Of a stretch of 64,000 nt of DNA, positions 19,009 through 27,954 are shown piece after piece. The stretch is from the NCBI GenBank assembly GCA_029838215.1, contig JALGVI010000006.1:1-64000 (forward strand), in the 5' to 3' direction. Numbering within the stretch: position 1 is the stretch's first letter; each line of letters starts with the position of its first letter. Under the pieces are notes generated by a model that worked only from the letters and a program-made list of their open reading frames with translations, did no database searches and was not told the origin of the DNA. Source of the DNA: Candidatus Helarchaeota archaeon. GTDB lineage: Archaea > Asgardarchaeota > Lokiarchaeia > Helarchaeales > RDOG01. A program made the position numbers and the translations under genes.

Positions 19009-20247
19009 TTAATCGATGAATTTAACAAGCACGCGGACGGGATCTTGTTTTGGACGAGTGAGAATCAAGATGTCCATGTGCCCAATCAATTCACCCATTG
19101 TTTTTCGTTTATCTTCTTCATGCGAGGGGAGATAAGGATTCCAAATTGGAGTCTTTGTCAATTCTTTAGTAACGAGACTTTGATCAATGTCAACTTCTAG
19201 TCCTTCATATGCACTCATCACGCCATCGAAAAGCATGGAAATGTTTTCGTTTCGAGAGACTTCGATGGTCCTGATGTCCGTGCCATGTCCGCAAGCAGGG
19301 CATTCTTCCCATTTTGCAATATCGATGTATTCGAACAGTCCGTATACTCCGTTATAGTTAATGTATGGAGGTTTTATAATAGGACCGATATTTTCACCTT
19401 TTAGCAGGTGCAATAGTTTTAGAACTTCGTGTGACTGCACGGCAGAAATAACGGCAGTTGTTGTTTGTATGGCGGGCATTTTGTTCTTAATGACATTTTC
19501 CATGTCTTCAAACCGGAATTCGGGAGGAAAGTTGTGTTCTTTCACGTATTTATTTGCACGTTCTGTAAGAAATCGCACGTCCTCATCATTATCAAAGTCA
19601 GGTCTTCGGTTGAATTCCTTGCCAAAATCATATTCGGCTTTCAAGGCGCAATGCTCGCGTTTTTGCGGAATTCCTTTTGGCGTGCACGCCGCCACCATTT
19701 TTTCATCAGTTGGGGGAACGGGCATCACGCATCGGAGGCATGGCGTGGATTCCATTCCGGGAATGCCATCAGGGATGACGATTTGGACATGTCCTTCAAA
19801 TCCCAAAGTTCCACTATCGATTAATGGTTTTTTTAGACGCAAGCAAATGTCATTGAGATCCAGTCGTGCCTTGATGTTATCCAGTCCGCCTATGATGACA
19901 TCACAGCTTTCATAGACGCTTAATGGGATTTCTTGAAGAAATTTGAAGTATGTTTCAACTTTTAGGAAAGGGTTGAGTTCTTTTAATCGTTCAGCAGCCA
20001 CTTCAGCTTTGGGACGACCTTCATCACCAGGTTTGAATAACATTTGCCGGGAGAGATTAGACGTTTCAATAGTGTCAACATCAACCAAGACCATTCGTCC
20101 AATCCCTACGAGTGCAAGATTTTTTGCGATTTCACAACCGAGAGCTCCAACTCCGATCATGAACACCGATGAATCCTTGATGAGCTCTTGCGCCCAACCT
20201 TTAAGCATGAAATGTCTCTGATAAACTTTCTTTTCTTTCTTCTCCAT
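19009..20247 (-). CDS. Eukaryote-type ubiquitin-like modifier activating enzyme E1 (UBA3/UBA2-like)
   Basis: GVGALG, DVDTIETSNLSRQ, LDNIKAR, GTLGFEGH, CLRC + CPAC Zn pair, catalytic-Cys region ACTPKGIPQKREHC, KMPAIQTTTAVISA, and a ~90-aa C-terminal UFD-like domain. Confidence 0.9.
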   Translation of the reverse strand: MEKKEKKVYQRHFMLKGWAQELIKDSSVFMIGVGALGCEIAKNLALVGIGRMVLVDVDTIETSNLSRQMLFKPGDEGRPKAEVAAERLKELNPFLKVETYFKFLQEIPLSVYESCDVIIGGLDNIKARLDLNDICLRLKKPLIDSGTLGFEGHVQIVIPDGIPGMESTPCLRCVMPVPPTDEKMVAACTPKGIPQKREHCALKAEYDFGKEFNRRPDFDNDEDVRFLTERANKYVKEHNFPPEFRFEDMENVIKNKMPAIQTTTAVISAVQSHEVLKLLHLLKGENIGPIIKPPYINYNGVYGLFEYIDIAKWEECPACGHGTDIRTIEVSRNENISMLFDGVMSAYEGLEVDIDQSLVTKELTKTPIWNPYLPSHEEDKRKTMGELIGHMDILILTRPKQDPVRVLVKFID

Positions 20248-20302
20248 TTTAATAACCTATCTGCTTGTTTGACATGATTACTTCATGAATATAAAAAAAA
20301 AA

Positions 20303-21574
20303 TCACATTGGTTCTTCGGAATTTAATTCTCCAGGCATTGAAGGCGTTGGTTCTCGCATGCAATAAGCACATTTACCAATGGCTTTGATATTTTGTTCCC
20401 AGCAGTGAGCATGATATGGCTTTTGACAGTGTGGACATTCGGTATAGCAGGTTTCAGAGGAATGATCATTAGCAGGATCTTCAGCAGCTGCAGAAATTTG
20501 ACTTTCAATAACAATCATTGGCTTGGAGCAAGCGGGGCATTTTGTTTGGTGGCAAATTATACATGAAATAATTGATGCCTTCATGATTTCCTTTGAGATT
20601 GCATCAAATATGTCAACTAGATACGTAAACGAAGACCAATTCTCCAATACTTTCATGCCCTGCTCGAGTTTCTTGGCAATTTCATCATCAGTAATTTCAT
20701 TAAGTAATTTTATCACGGGTTTTGATGTCGGATAATCTTCGGGAAGCTCTACTTCAAATTTAAAGACAGTATCAGCCGTTTTCATCTTTCCCCGCATGTC
20801 CACCAGCAGTTTTCTTTGGTCTTCCAGGTATTCCACGCGTTCAAGACCGTAGAGAAGATCGCGTTCGAATTGTAAGCGTGCAACCTTATCGACTTCCCAC
20901 TGAATTTCACGCAAGATGTCATTTGTTGACATTATCGACATGTCCCACGATTTAATGGAATTTAGGTCTTCAGGACGGATTTTCATTATTGCCTGTAATT
21001 CTGGTGAAAATTCCAGGGTCGGTGCAGCGGGTAGTGCATCAAGGTTTACATCAACGCGGTATTCACGAAGTCCAAACGTGAGTAAATCAACAGCAAGGTG
21101 ATGTTCATCCAATTGCTTTGCCTTAAATTCGCCCATGATTAATCGGGCTTGCATTTTTAGTTTTTCAGCACTCGAAAGTTTCCACTCTAGTTCTCGAACC
21201 ACGTCAATGACATGTGTCTGTCCAGGAGTCCAGTTCTTCATGCTGGCAAGATCGTCAGGATTAGCAATAGATTTCAATTCATCCTGAACTGTTAATAAAG
21301 GCTTTTCGGGAAATGCGGAGAAATCAATGCCGATGACAAAATTCATTTCAAGTGAAACGGTGAGATAAATTCGCACGCGAGAAATTGCCCCTTCAACCAT
21401 TTCAACTTGAAATTCATTCATGAGAAGCGTGAGTTCTTCAGCCAGAAGTGCATCCCGATCTTCAGGATATGCTGCAGGGGCTGGCTGAGCAGAGTCCCCA
21501 CCATCTGGTGCTTGAGGTTTCTGAGGAGGAAGTTGCGGTGAACCTTGTTCTGGTGGTTTATCTTCTGGATTCAA
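20303..21574 (-). CDS. Putative E3 ligase: three UBC/RWD-like repeats + C-terminal RING (FANCL-like architecture)
   Basis: Three ~95-aa repeats, each with a beta-meander, an (F/L/Y)P-x-x-(x)-P loop and a W followed by a helix. RING: CIIC...CPHCQKPYHAHC...GKCAYC. TTG start after GAGGG. Confidence 0.75.
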   Translation of the reverse strand: MNPEDKPPEQGSPQLPPQKPQAPDGGDSAQPAPAAYPEDRDALLAEELTLLMNEFQVEMVEGAISRVRIYLTVSLEMNFVIGIDFSAFPEKPLLTVQDELKSIANPDDLASMKNWTPGQTHVIDVVRELEWKLSSAEKLKMQARLIMGEFKAKQLDEHHLAVDLLTFGLREYRVDVNLDALPAAPTLEFSPELQAIMKIRPEDLNSIKSWDMSIMSTNDILREIQWEVDKVARLQFERDLLYGLERVEYLEDQRKLLVDMRGKMKTADTVFKFEVELPEDYPTSKPVIKLLNEITDDEIAKKLEQGMKVLENWSSFTYLVDIFDAISKEIMKASIISCIICHQTKCPACSKPMIVIESQISAAAEDPANDHSSETCYTECPHCQKPYHAHCWEQNIKAIGKCAYCMREPTPSMPGELNSEEPM

Positions 21575-21675
21575 TCTTAACCCTCAAAGTCATTATAAAA
21601 ATTTCAACAAATCTAAATTGATGTTCCTCTGTTTTTAATATTTCTAGAAGAATGAAGAAAAGAAAATGAAAAAGT

Positions 21676-22977
21676 TTACTTGAGATCTGAGATTTCAAGG
21701 GAGATATTACTAGATACTAGTTTATGAGGAGGGATATCTATGTCGATTGTTGTATTTGGAAGAATGACACAATTATTTCCAATTGTTTTTCCTGCTAAAA
21801 TGGACACGTTATTACAAAGCAGCGTATTATTTCCTATGAGCGTGCCGAATTTCTCAAATGGAACGGGAAGGTGTTCATCACCAACTTTCACTAGAATCGC
21901 ATTTTCTCCCTTTGATTTCTTAAAGATGGGTAAATTTGAAGTTTGAATGCCTGCCCGAACTTCCACGCCTTGACCAACAATACTGTCACCGATAAAACTA
22001 ATGCGCCCGATTTCCGTTTCGGAAAATATAATACTATTTCGAATTTCCACGCCATACCCTATCGTGACGTTCTCGCCAATAGAAGAATTCAAGCGAATTA
22101 GACTATTTGTTCCTATAAAAGCATTCGGACCGATATAGACGGGACCATTGATCGCTGCACCTGATTTGATTATAACATCTTCTGAGATATATACAGGTCC
22201 TGTAATCGTCACTTCAGGAGATATTTCAGCAGAGTTTGCGATGAATGACCCATTTTTCAGGAGAGTTTTATTGAGAACAAATGAATTCGCCTTGAGAAGA
22301 TCCCAGGGATATCGGATTTCAACCCAATCTTTTTCCCAAACAGATGAGTAAACAGATCCACCTCTTTTTATGATTGATAAGATGGCATGATCAAGTTCCT
22401 TTTTTTCGGCAAGTGCGTTGAAAATTTCGGGTTTAAAAATATAGACGCCCGATGCTGCAAAATTCGAAGGCTGCGTTCCTTGTTTTGGTTTTTCTATGAT
22501 GCATTCAATTTTAGCTTCAGCATCCATTTTTACGATGCCGTATAAAGATGGATTTTCAACGAGTGTCACGGATACTGTCGCATCAGCGTTATTTGATTCG
22601 TGCGTTTCGATACAGCGTTGAATGATAGCGGGATCAGCAAAAAAATCGGCATGCGTGATCATGAACTCTTCTTCTTTATCGAAATGAGATGCAGCACAAA
22701 GAATGGCAGCTTCAATGTTTTCGGGTTTTTCTTGTGGTATGTATTCTATCCGGCAGTTAAAGTCATAACCCGTTCCAAAATATTCTTTTATTTGATCTTG
22801 AAGATATCCGACAACAATGTAGAAATCGGATTGACCTGCAGTTTTTAAGTTGTCGATGACATGTTCAAGCATGGGTTTTCCAGCAATCATTAACATTGGT
22901 TTTGGACAGTTCTGCGTGAGAGGTCGGAGTCGCCGTCCTTCGCCACCTGCAAGAATCAGGGTTTTCATTTTTATCAT
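21676..22977 (-). CDS. Sugar-phosphate nucleotidyltransferase with left-handed beta-helix (archaeal GlmU-like)
   Basis: LILAGGEGRRLRPLT...PKPML nucleotidyltransferase motif and hexapeptide repeats in the C-terminal half. Confidence 0.9.
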   Translation of the reverse strand: MIKMKTLILAGGEGRRLRPLTQNCPKPMLMIAGKPMLEHVIDNLKTAGQSDFYIVVGYLQDQIKEYFGTGYDFNCRIEYIPQEKPENIEAAILCAASHFDKEEEFMITHADFFADPAIIQRCIETHESNNADATVSVTLVENPSLYGIVKMDAEAKIECIIEKPKQGTQPSNFAASGVYIFKPEIFNALAEKKELDHAILSIIKRGGSVYSSVWEKDWVEIRYPWDLLKANSFVLNKTLLKNGSFIANSAEISPEVTITGPVYISEDVIIKSGAAINGPVYIGPNAFIGTNSLIRLNSSIGENVTIGYGVEIRNSIIFSETEIGRISFIGDSIVGQGVEVRAGIQTSNLPIFKKSKGENAILVKVGDEHLPVPFEKFGTLIGNNTLLCNNVSILAGKTIGNNCVILPNTTIDIDIPPHKLVSSNISLEISDLK

Positions 22978-23101
22978 GCCTTCCCATTAGCTTTAAATAA
23001 ATTTTAGATGTTTCGATTGGATCGTTTGGTAAGAATTAAAAAACATAAACATCGTTTGAATAATATACTCAACTGATTCAAATCAAAACAATATTAATAA
23101 A

Positions 23102-23521
23102 TTGGATCATTTAATTTTGTACAGGAAGGTTCCACCAATGATGAAGAAAGGTCAGGCGAAAGACGCCATAAAAAAAGCCATAAAAGCAAACGATTTAGAC
23201 AAGATAAACCAGTTAATGCTGGAATATCCATTCTTAACTCAGGAATTCAACCTTAATTTATACCCTGATCTCGAATTGGAGCGAGCGGTCATTGCGGGCG
23301 TGGGAATAATGGAAGATGAATTAGCCGGACCTGTTCGTGTAGAAGATGTGGTGAAAAGCGTCATTATTGATTTTCGTAAGGACATAAATGAATTCGAATT
23401 ATTCTCAATTTTAGATAAATTGGAACGTCAGGGTTTCATCCAAAAGCGAGGAATTGGTTGGGTTTTAACAACCAAGGGCGCAGAGATTTGCGACCAAACG
23501 TTAAATAAAGTAGGGGCTTGA
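23102..23521 (+). CDS. Hypothetical protein with C-terminal winged helix; probable start ATG at 23138
   Basis: ILDKLERQGFI...WVLTTKG wHTH wing pattern. Confidence 0.65.
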   Translation: MDHLILYRKVPPMMKKGQAKDAIKKAIKANDLDKINQLMLEYPFLTQEFNLNLYPDLELERAVIAGVGIMEDELAGPVRVEDVVKSVIIDFRKDINEFELFSILDKLERQGFIQKRGIGWVLTTKGAEICDQTLNKVGA

Positions 23522-23526
23522 AAACT

Positions 23527-23856
23527 CTACACCCGATTCATCTTTAATAACATTTCCTGTTTCGAAACGAGCCGAACCTTTCGATAATATTCTTGGGCAT
23601 CCCGCCGGATTTGCGGACTAAAATGATCGGCACAAAGCATTCCATAACTTAGATCAGGGTGATCCTCCAATTTTTCTTGAAACACGCGAATCACGTTGAT
23701 CCCGATATTCCTTGACCAGTTTTTAATCACAACGGCAAATTTTTCTTGATTCGTGTCTTTACAGGTTAAATCAAATTTTTTTGATTTTTCTCCTTTTTCA
23801 GCGACTCGGCAACCTTTGGCTTCCAAATATTTTGGAACTAATTCTTCTAAGGACAT
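23527..23856 (-). CDS. Mrr-cat/PD-(D/E)XK-like small protein (catalytic motif degenerate)
   Basis: LEELV..YLEAKG...FD...VVIKNW...G...I..F...SGMLCA..FS follows the Mrr_cat secondary-structure pattern, but the (E/Q)xK position is V-I-K. Confidence 0.6.
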   Translation of the reverse strand: MSLEELVPKYLEAKGCRVAEKGEKSKKFDLTCKDTNQEKFAVVIKNWSRNIGINVIRVFQEKLEDHPDLSYGMLCADHFSPQIRRDAQEYYRKVRLVSKQEMLLKMNRV

Positions 23857-24027
23857 ATTTACCTACTCCAACAGTTCGTTGCTATATCTCCAGAACTTAC
23901 AAATATATTCGTGAGTAACATTGGGATATTACTTGTTCAATTCATTTAGGAAACAAAAATACAAATCTAAGCGGATTTTTCAAGATTTGAAGATAATTTT
24001 ATTTATGGGATGAATTTATAATTTTTC

Positions 24028-25746
24028 ATGTCATGGTCAAAGAAAAAGATCATCCTCATTTCGCTTCCATTTCTATTGCTCATTGTAAGTTCTGCGGTAA
24101 ACTTAGGTTTTTTCTTTTATTCGACATCAGGAACGGAGCTTGTTAGATTTCCAAGTACTCTAGACATATCCAACTCGACGCAACCTCCCGTAGTCATGAC
24201 AAATGGTCATTTATTCTATCCAAAATTGTATAATCCACTTCAAAAATATCCCGTAGTGATAATCGTCCATGGCTTTCAAGTAGATTCAAGCACGGATCTA
24301 CGGATGGTTTTGGAGCTGACGAAGCGCGGTTTCTTTGCATTGTCAATCGATTTGCCCGGTGCGGGTCATACGGAAGGCAAATTTCAGGCGTTTTTTTGGA
24401 AAGTCGCTGTTGGTGCCATCGATTACATCTACCAACGGCCTGACCTGTTCGACTTCAATGGAGTTGGCATGTTAGGTCATTCTATGGGAGGTTGGACGAC
24501 AATGCTCGCTTCAAGCTGGGAAGCAGCACATTTAGGGCGCCTGAATTGTTCAGTCTCGTGGGCAGGGATTGCTAATGCATCTGCCTTTTGGCAACAACCA
24601 CAAATTCAGGGTCAGTTCATCGATGAAATCTTGAACCTAAAAATCGACTTGGCTCTTTTCAACAATCCCACGTTAGTCTCACAACACAATCCTGTCGATT
24701 ATTTCACCGGCATACAAGATGGCGGACAACCACGTAACTTATTAATCGTGCACGGCATTCACGATAGCATCGTTGATTACGAACAGGCCACCATGGCTGA
24801 AACCACGACCACCAATTCAACACTATTGCCTGTAAATGACGATCACTGGTTGGTACAAGACATAAACGTGATCTTATCATCGATTCAATGGTTCTGTCGG
24901 TACTTGAAGCAACAGGAATTATCCACGTCGGAAATTGCGGCACAGGGATTGACCTTCTTGCCCTTCTACATCCTAATAATGATCCAGTTCCTATTCATCA
25001 TTCTTTCAACGTTTTCGTTAATATTTCTGTTTTTTTATAAAAAAACTCCGAAAATCCGAACGACGCCACCAGATCTCAAAGCAGAAAAAAAACAAACAAT
25101 TGAAAAGCTTGCCATTTTTTCAGGAGCTTTCGTGGGCACGATGGTTTTGATGTATTTCATGGCAAATATCTTCCATAATTCTTTATTTGCACTTGTTACA
25201 GGATCTGGGATATTGGGAGCCACAGTCTTTGCCTATTATCTGATGACAAAACGGGAAAACATCAACAAAAAATCAGTCAAAGAAAAGTTGACGGCACATT
25301 TGAGCGATTCCACGTCAATCCACGTTTTTCACGTTGCTTTGTTCGGAATTATCTGCTATTTTGTAATATCGTTTGGCTTCAAGACGGTTCTATATTATCC
25401 TCTTTCGATTAGTTATTTTGTCTTGGCACTCCCATTCGCTTTCCTAATCAGTTTTTCAATGGAATTGTTCCTCAGAAAGGGAATTCAGGACAATTTACCA
25501 ATTAAAGGTCGGTGGAAATTCAGAAGCATCATGAGTTTGGTGATATTTGTCATTTTTGTAGCAATATTAGTCGCTTTTTGGATGGTCTATTTATCAGCAT
25601 TGGCGATGCTCTTGGCTCTCTTCGTCACTTCCTTGACATCCACGTACATCTATCAAAAGACGAGAAATATTTTGACAACAACGATTTTTCAATCAGTGAT
25701 AACAGCATTCTTCTTAGGAAATTGCTACTTCTTTTTCCTCATTTAA
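24028..25746 (+). CDS. Membrane-anchored alpha/beta hydrolase fused to a polytopic membrane domain (degenerate CPBP/Abi-like)
   Basis: HGF, GHSMGG nucleophile elbow, HGIHDSIV and DH triad region; N-terminal TM segment; about 8 C-terminal TM segments with MELFLRKG and YIYQKTRN. Confidence 0.8.
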   Translation: MSWSKKKIILISLPFLLLIVSSAVNLGFFFYSTSGTELVRFPSTLDISNSTQPPVVMTNGHLFYPKLYNPLQKYPVVIIVHGFQVDSSTDLRMVLELTKRGFFALSIDLPGAGHTEGKFQAFFWKVAVGAIDYIYQRPDLFDFNGVGMLGHSMGGWTTMLASSWEAAHLGRLNCSVSWAGIANASAFWQQPQIQGQFIDEILNLKIDLALFNNPTLVSQHNPVDYFTGIQDGGQPRNLLIVHGIHDSIVDYEQATMAETTTTNSTLLPVNDDHWLVQDINVILSSIQWFCRYLKQQELSTSEIAAQGLTFLPFYILIMIQFLFIILSTFSLIFLFFYKKTPKIRTTPPDLKAEKKQTIEKLAIFSGAFVGTMVLMYFMANIFHNSLFALVTGSGILGATVFAYYLMTKRENINKKSVKEKLTAHLSDSTSIHVFHVALFGIICYFVISFGFKTVLYYPLSISYFVLALPFAFLISFSMELFLRKGIQDNLPIKGRWKFRSIMSLVIFVIFVAILVAFWMVYLSALAMLLALFVTSLTSTYIYQKTRNILTTTIFQSVITAFFLGNCYFFFLI

Positions 25747-25915
25747 TTTTTTTTTAATCGTGATTTCGAGCAATTAAAACAATAGGAATCGAACTTTTTC
25801 ATATCAAATAGAATCACGTTCTTAATTACGTCTCATTTCCTTTCAATGCATTAATTTAAAAATATTAAATGAATGATGAAAACAATAAAACGTTTTAAAA
25901 CTTGGAGTCTAAAAA

Positions 25916-27835
25916 ATGAGAATCTTAGCCATTCACTCGGATTACATCACGATAGAATTAAAGAAGAAAGCAATAAAAAGCGCAGAAGAGAAATCAAAGG
26001 AGTCCATTGATGTGAAAGATTGTTTGGTAATCTTCACGTCAGTAGAAAAAGCAGATGAGACAAATGTAGATGAGGCGTCAAGACTTTTAGTTAAGGAAGT
26101 TGAGAATATTGCTGAACAAATTAAAGAAAAGAGGATCGTTTTATATCCATATGCGCATTTGAGTTCCGATCTTTCAAAAGATCCCAATACTGCCATTTCA
26201 GTCTTGACAAATGCCGAGACGCTTCTGAAAGAAGATGGATATGAGGTTCACAGGGCAGAATTCGGGTGGTATAAGGCGTTTAAGATTTCGTGCAAGGGGC
26301 ATCCACTCTCAGAGCTTTCGAGAGAATTCGTGCCAGTTGGTGCAATTCCGGGAAAAAGGAAAGAAGTTGAACAAGATATTTCGGAGGCTTTGAAAAAAGA
26401 AGAAGAATTGACTTCGACATGGTTCATACTCACTCCAGATGGAAAAGAGCATCCCATCGAGTTAAAGAAGGGGAAAATTAGCGGTTTTACATTCACGGAT
26501 GAATTTAAGAACTTAAAAAAATTGATAAAATATGAGATAAAGAAAGATAGAAAGGTTGAGATGGAACCACCTCACGTGCCTCTAATGAAAAAATTTGAAA
26601 TTGCAAACTACGAACCGGCAAGCGACCCCGGAAACTTACGTTATCCCCCAAAGGGTTTCTTCATGAAGAGCCAGATAGCAGATTTAGTAACACAAAACAC
26701 GGTGAATTACGGGGCAATGGCCATAGAAGCACCGATAATGTACGACTATGAACACCCGACATTGAAATCTTACTTGAATAGATTTCCGGCTCGCCAATAT
26801 ACAGTAAATTCACCTAATAAGAGGTTGTTTTTAAGGTTCGCTGCGTGTTTCGGACAATTTTTGATGGCAAAAGACATGTTTTTAACCCATAAACATCTTC
26901 CACTTAGATTATACGAAATGACACGATATAGCTTTCGAGTGGAACAGCGTGGGGAGCTCACGGGATTACGTCGATTGCGTTGTTTTACCATGCCTGATTG
27001 CCATGCTTTTTGTAGCGATTTGGACATGGTGAAATCCGAATTAGAGAAACGGTTTGAACTTGCAAGATCAACATTAGAAGCCTGTGGTTTGCCGCTTGAT
27101 GATTTTGAATTCGCAATTCGGATCGTCAAGGATTTTTACGAGAAAAATAAGGATTTCGTGCAGGAGTTCGTAAAAAGAATTGGAAAACCGGTTTTAGTGG
27201 AAATGTGGAATCAACGATTCTTTTACTTCATCTTTAAATATGAATGGAATTTCGTGGATGCGTTAGACAAAGCTTCGACCCTTGCAACAGATCAAATTGA
27301 CGTGGAGAATGCAGAACGATACGGAATTACATACTTAGATGAAAACGAAGAAAAAAAGTATCCATTGATAATGCACCTCTCCCCAACAGGAGCCGTGGAG
27401 CGCGTCTTATATGCCTTACTGGAAAAAGCTCACATTCGAAAAAAGCAAGGATTGGTTCCAATGTTCCCAGTCTGGCTTTCGCCTACGGTCATACGCTTAC
27501 TTCCAATTAGCGAAGAGCATTTAGCACTTGCCACCGAATTAGCTGATACATTTACAACTGAGGGCATTCGCACGGACATTGATGACAGGGGAGACTCAGT
27601 CGGCAAGAAAATACGTAATGCAGAAGCAGAGTGGATCCCGTATATCATAGTAATTGGAGATAAAGAGGTTCAATCTAAGGGGAAAGAGCTCAAGATAAGG
27701 ATTAGGGAGGAAAAGGCACAGAAAGACATGAAACTTTCTGAATTAATTGACAGGATCAAAAAAGAGTTAGCCGACAAACCAAATAGACCTCTTCCGCATC
27801 CAAGACTTCTATCAACGCGCCCAAAGTTTTCATGA
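25916..27835 (+). CDS. thrS: Threonine--tRNA ligase, archaeal type with N-terminal editing domain
   Basis: MRILAIHSD, YPYAHLS, FGWYKAF-x-ISCKGHPLSELSR, RFAAC, FRVEQRGEL-x-GL-x-RLR-x-FTMPD, HLSPTGAVER, and an anticodon-binding domain. Confidence 0.98.
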   Translation: MRILAIHSDYITIELKKKAIKSAEEKSKESIDVKDCLVIFTSVEKADETNVDEASRLLVKEVENIAEQIKEKRIVLYPYAHLSSDLSKDPNTAISVLTNAETLLKEDGYEVHRAEFGWYKAFKISCKGHPLSELSREFVPVGAIPGKRKEVEQDISEALKKEEELTSTWFILTPDGKEHPIELKKGKISGFTFTDEFKNLKKLIKYEIKKDRKVEMEPPHVPLMKKFEIANYEPASDPGNLRYPPKGFFMKSQIADLVTQNTVNYGAMAIEAPIMYDYEHPTLKSYLNRFPARQYTVNSPNKRLFLRFAACFGQFLMAKDMFLTHKHLPLRLYEMTRYSFRVEQRGELTGLRRLRCFTMPDCHAFCSDLDMVKSELEKRFELARSTLEACGLPLDDFEFAIRIVKDFYEKNKDFVQEFVKRIGKPVLVEMWNQRFFYFIFKYEWNFVDALDKASTLATDQIDVENAERYGITYLDENEEKKYPLIMHLSPTGAVERVLYALLEKAHIRKKQGLVPMFPVWLSPTVIRLLPISEEHLALATELADTFTTEGIRTDIDDRGDSVGKKIRNAEAEWIPYIIVIGDKEVQSKGKELKIRIREEKAQKDMKLSELIDRIKKELADKPNRPLPHPRLLSTRPKFS

Positions 27836-27954
27836 TTTTTTCAAATTCATTTTTTTATATTAGTAAAATTCAAAAATCGTCAGATAGAAAACGATTAATG
27901 ATAACTTACTTGTTTGTGATTTTTTATTACTAAATAAGAAGGCGAAGTTGAGCA

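Noticed and set aside
20303-21574. Interpretation as an active E2 or E2-E3 fusion
   Set aside because: None of the three UBC-like repeats contains a cysteine.
23527-23856. Mrr-like protein as the cognate restriction enzyme of the MTase island
   Set aside because: It is about 19 kb away, very short, and its catalytic (E/Q)xK motif is degenerate.
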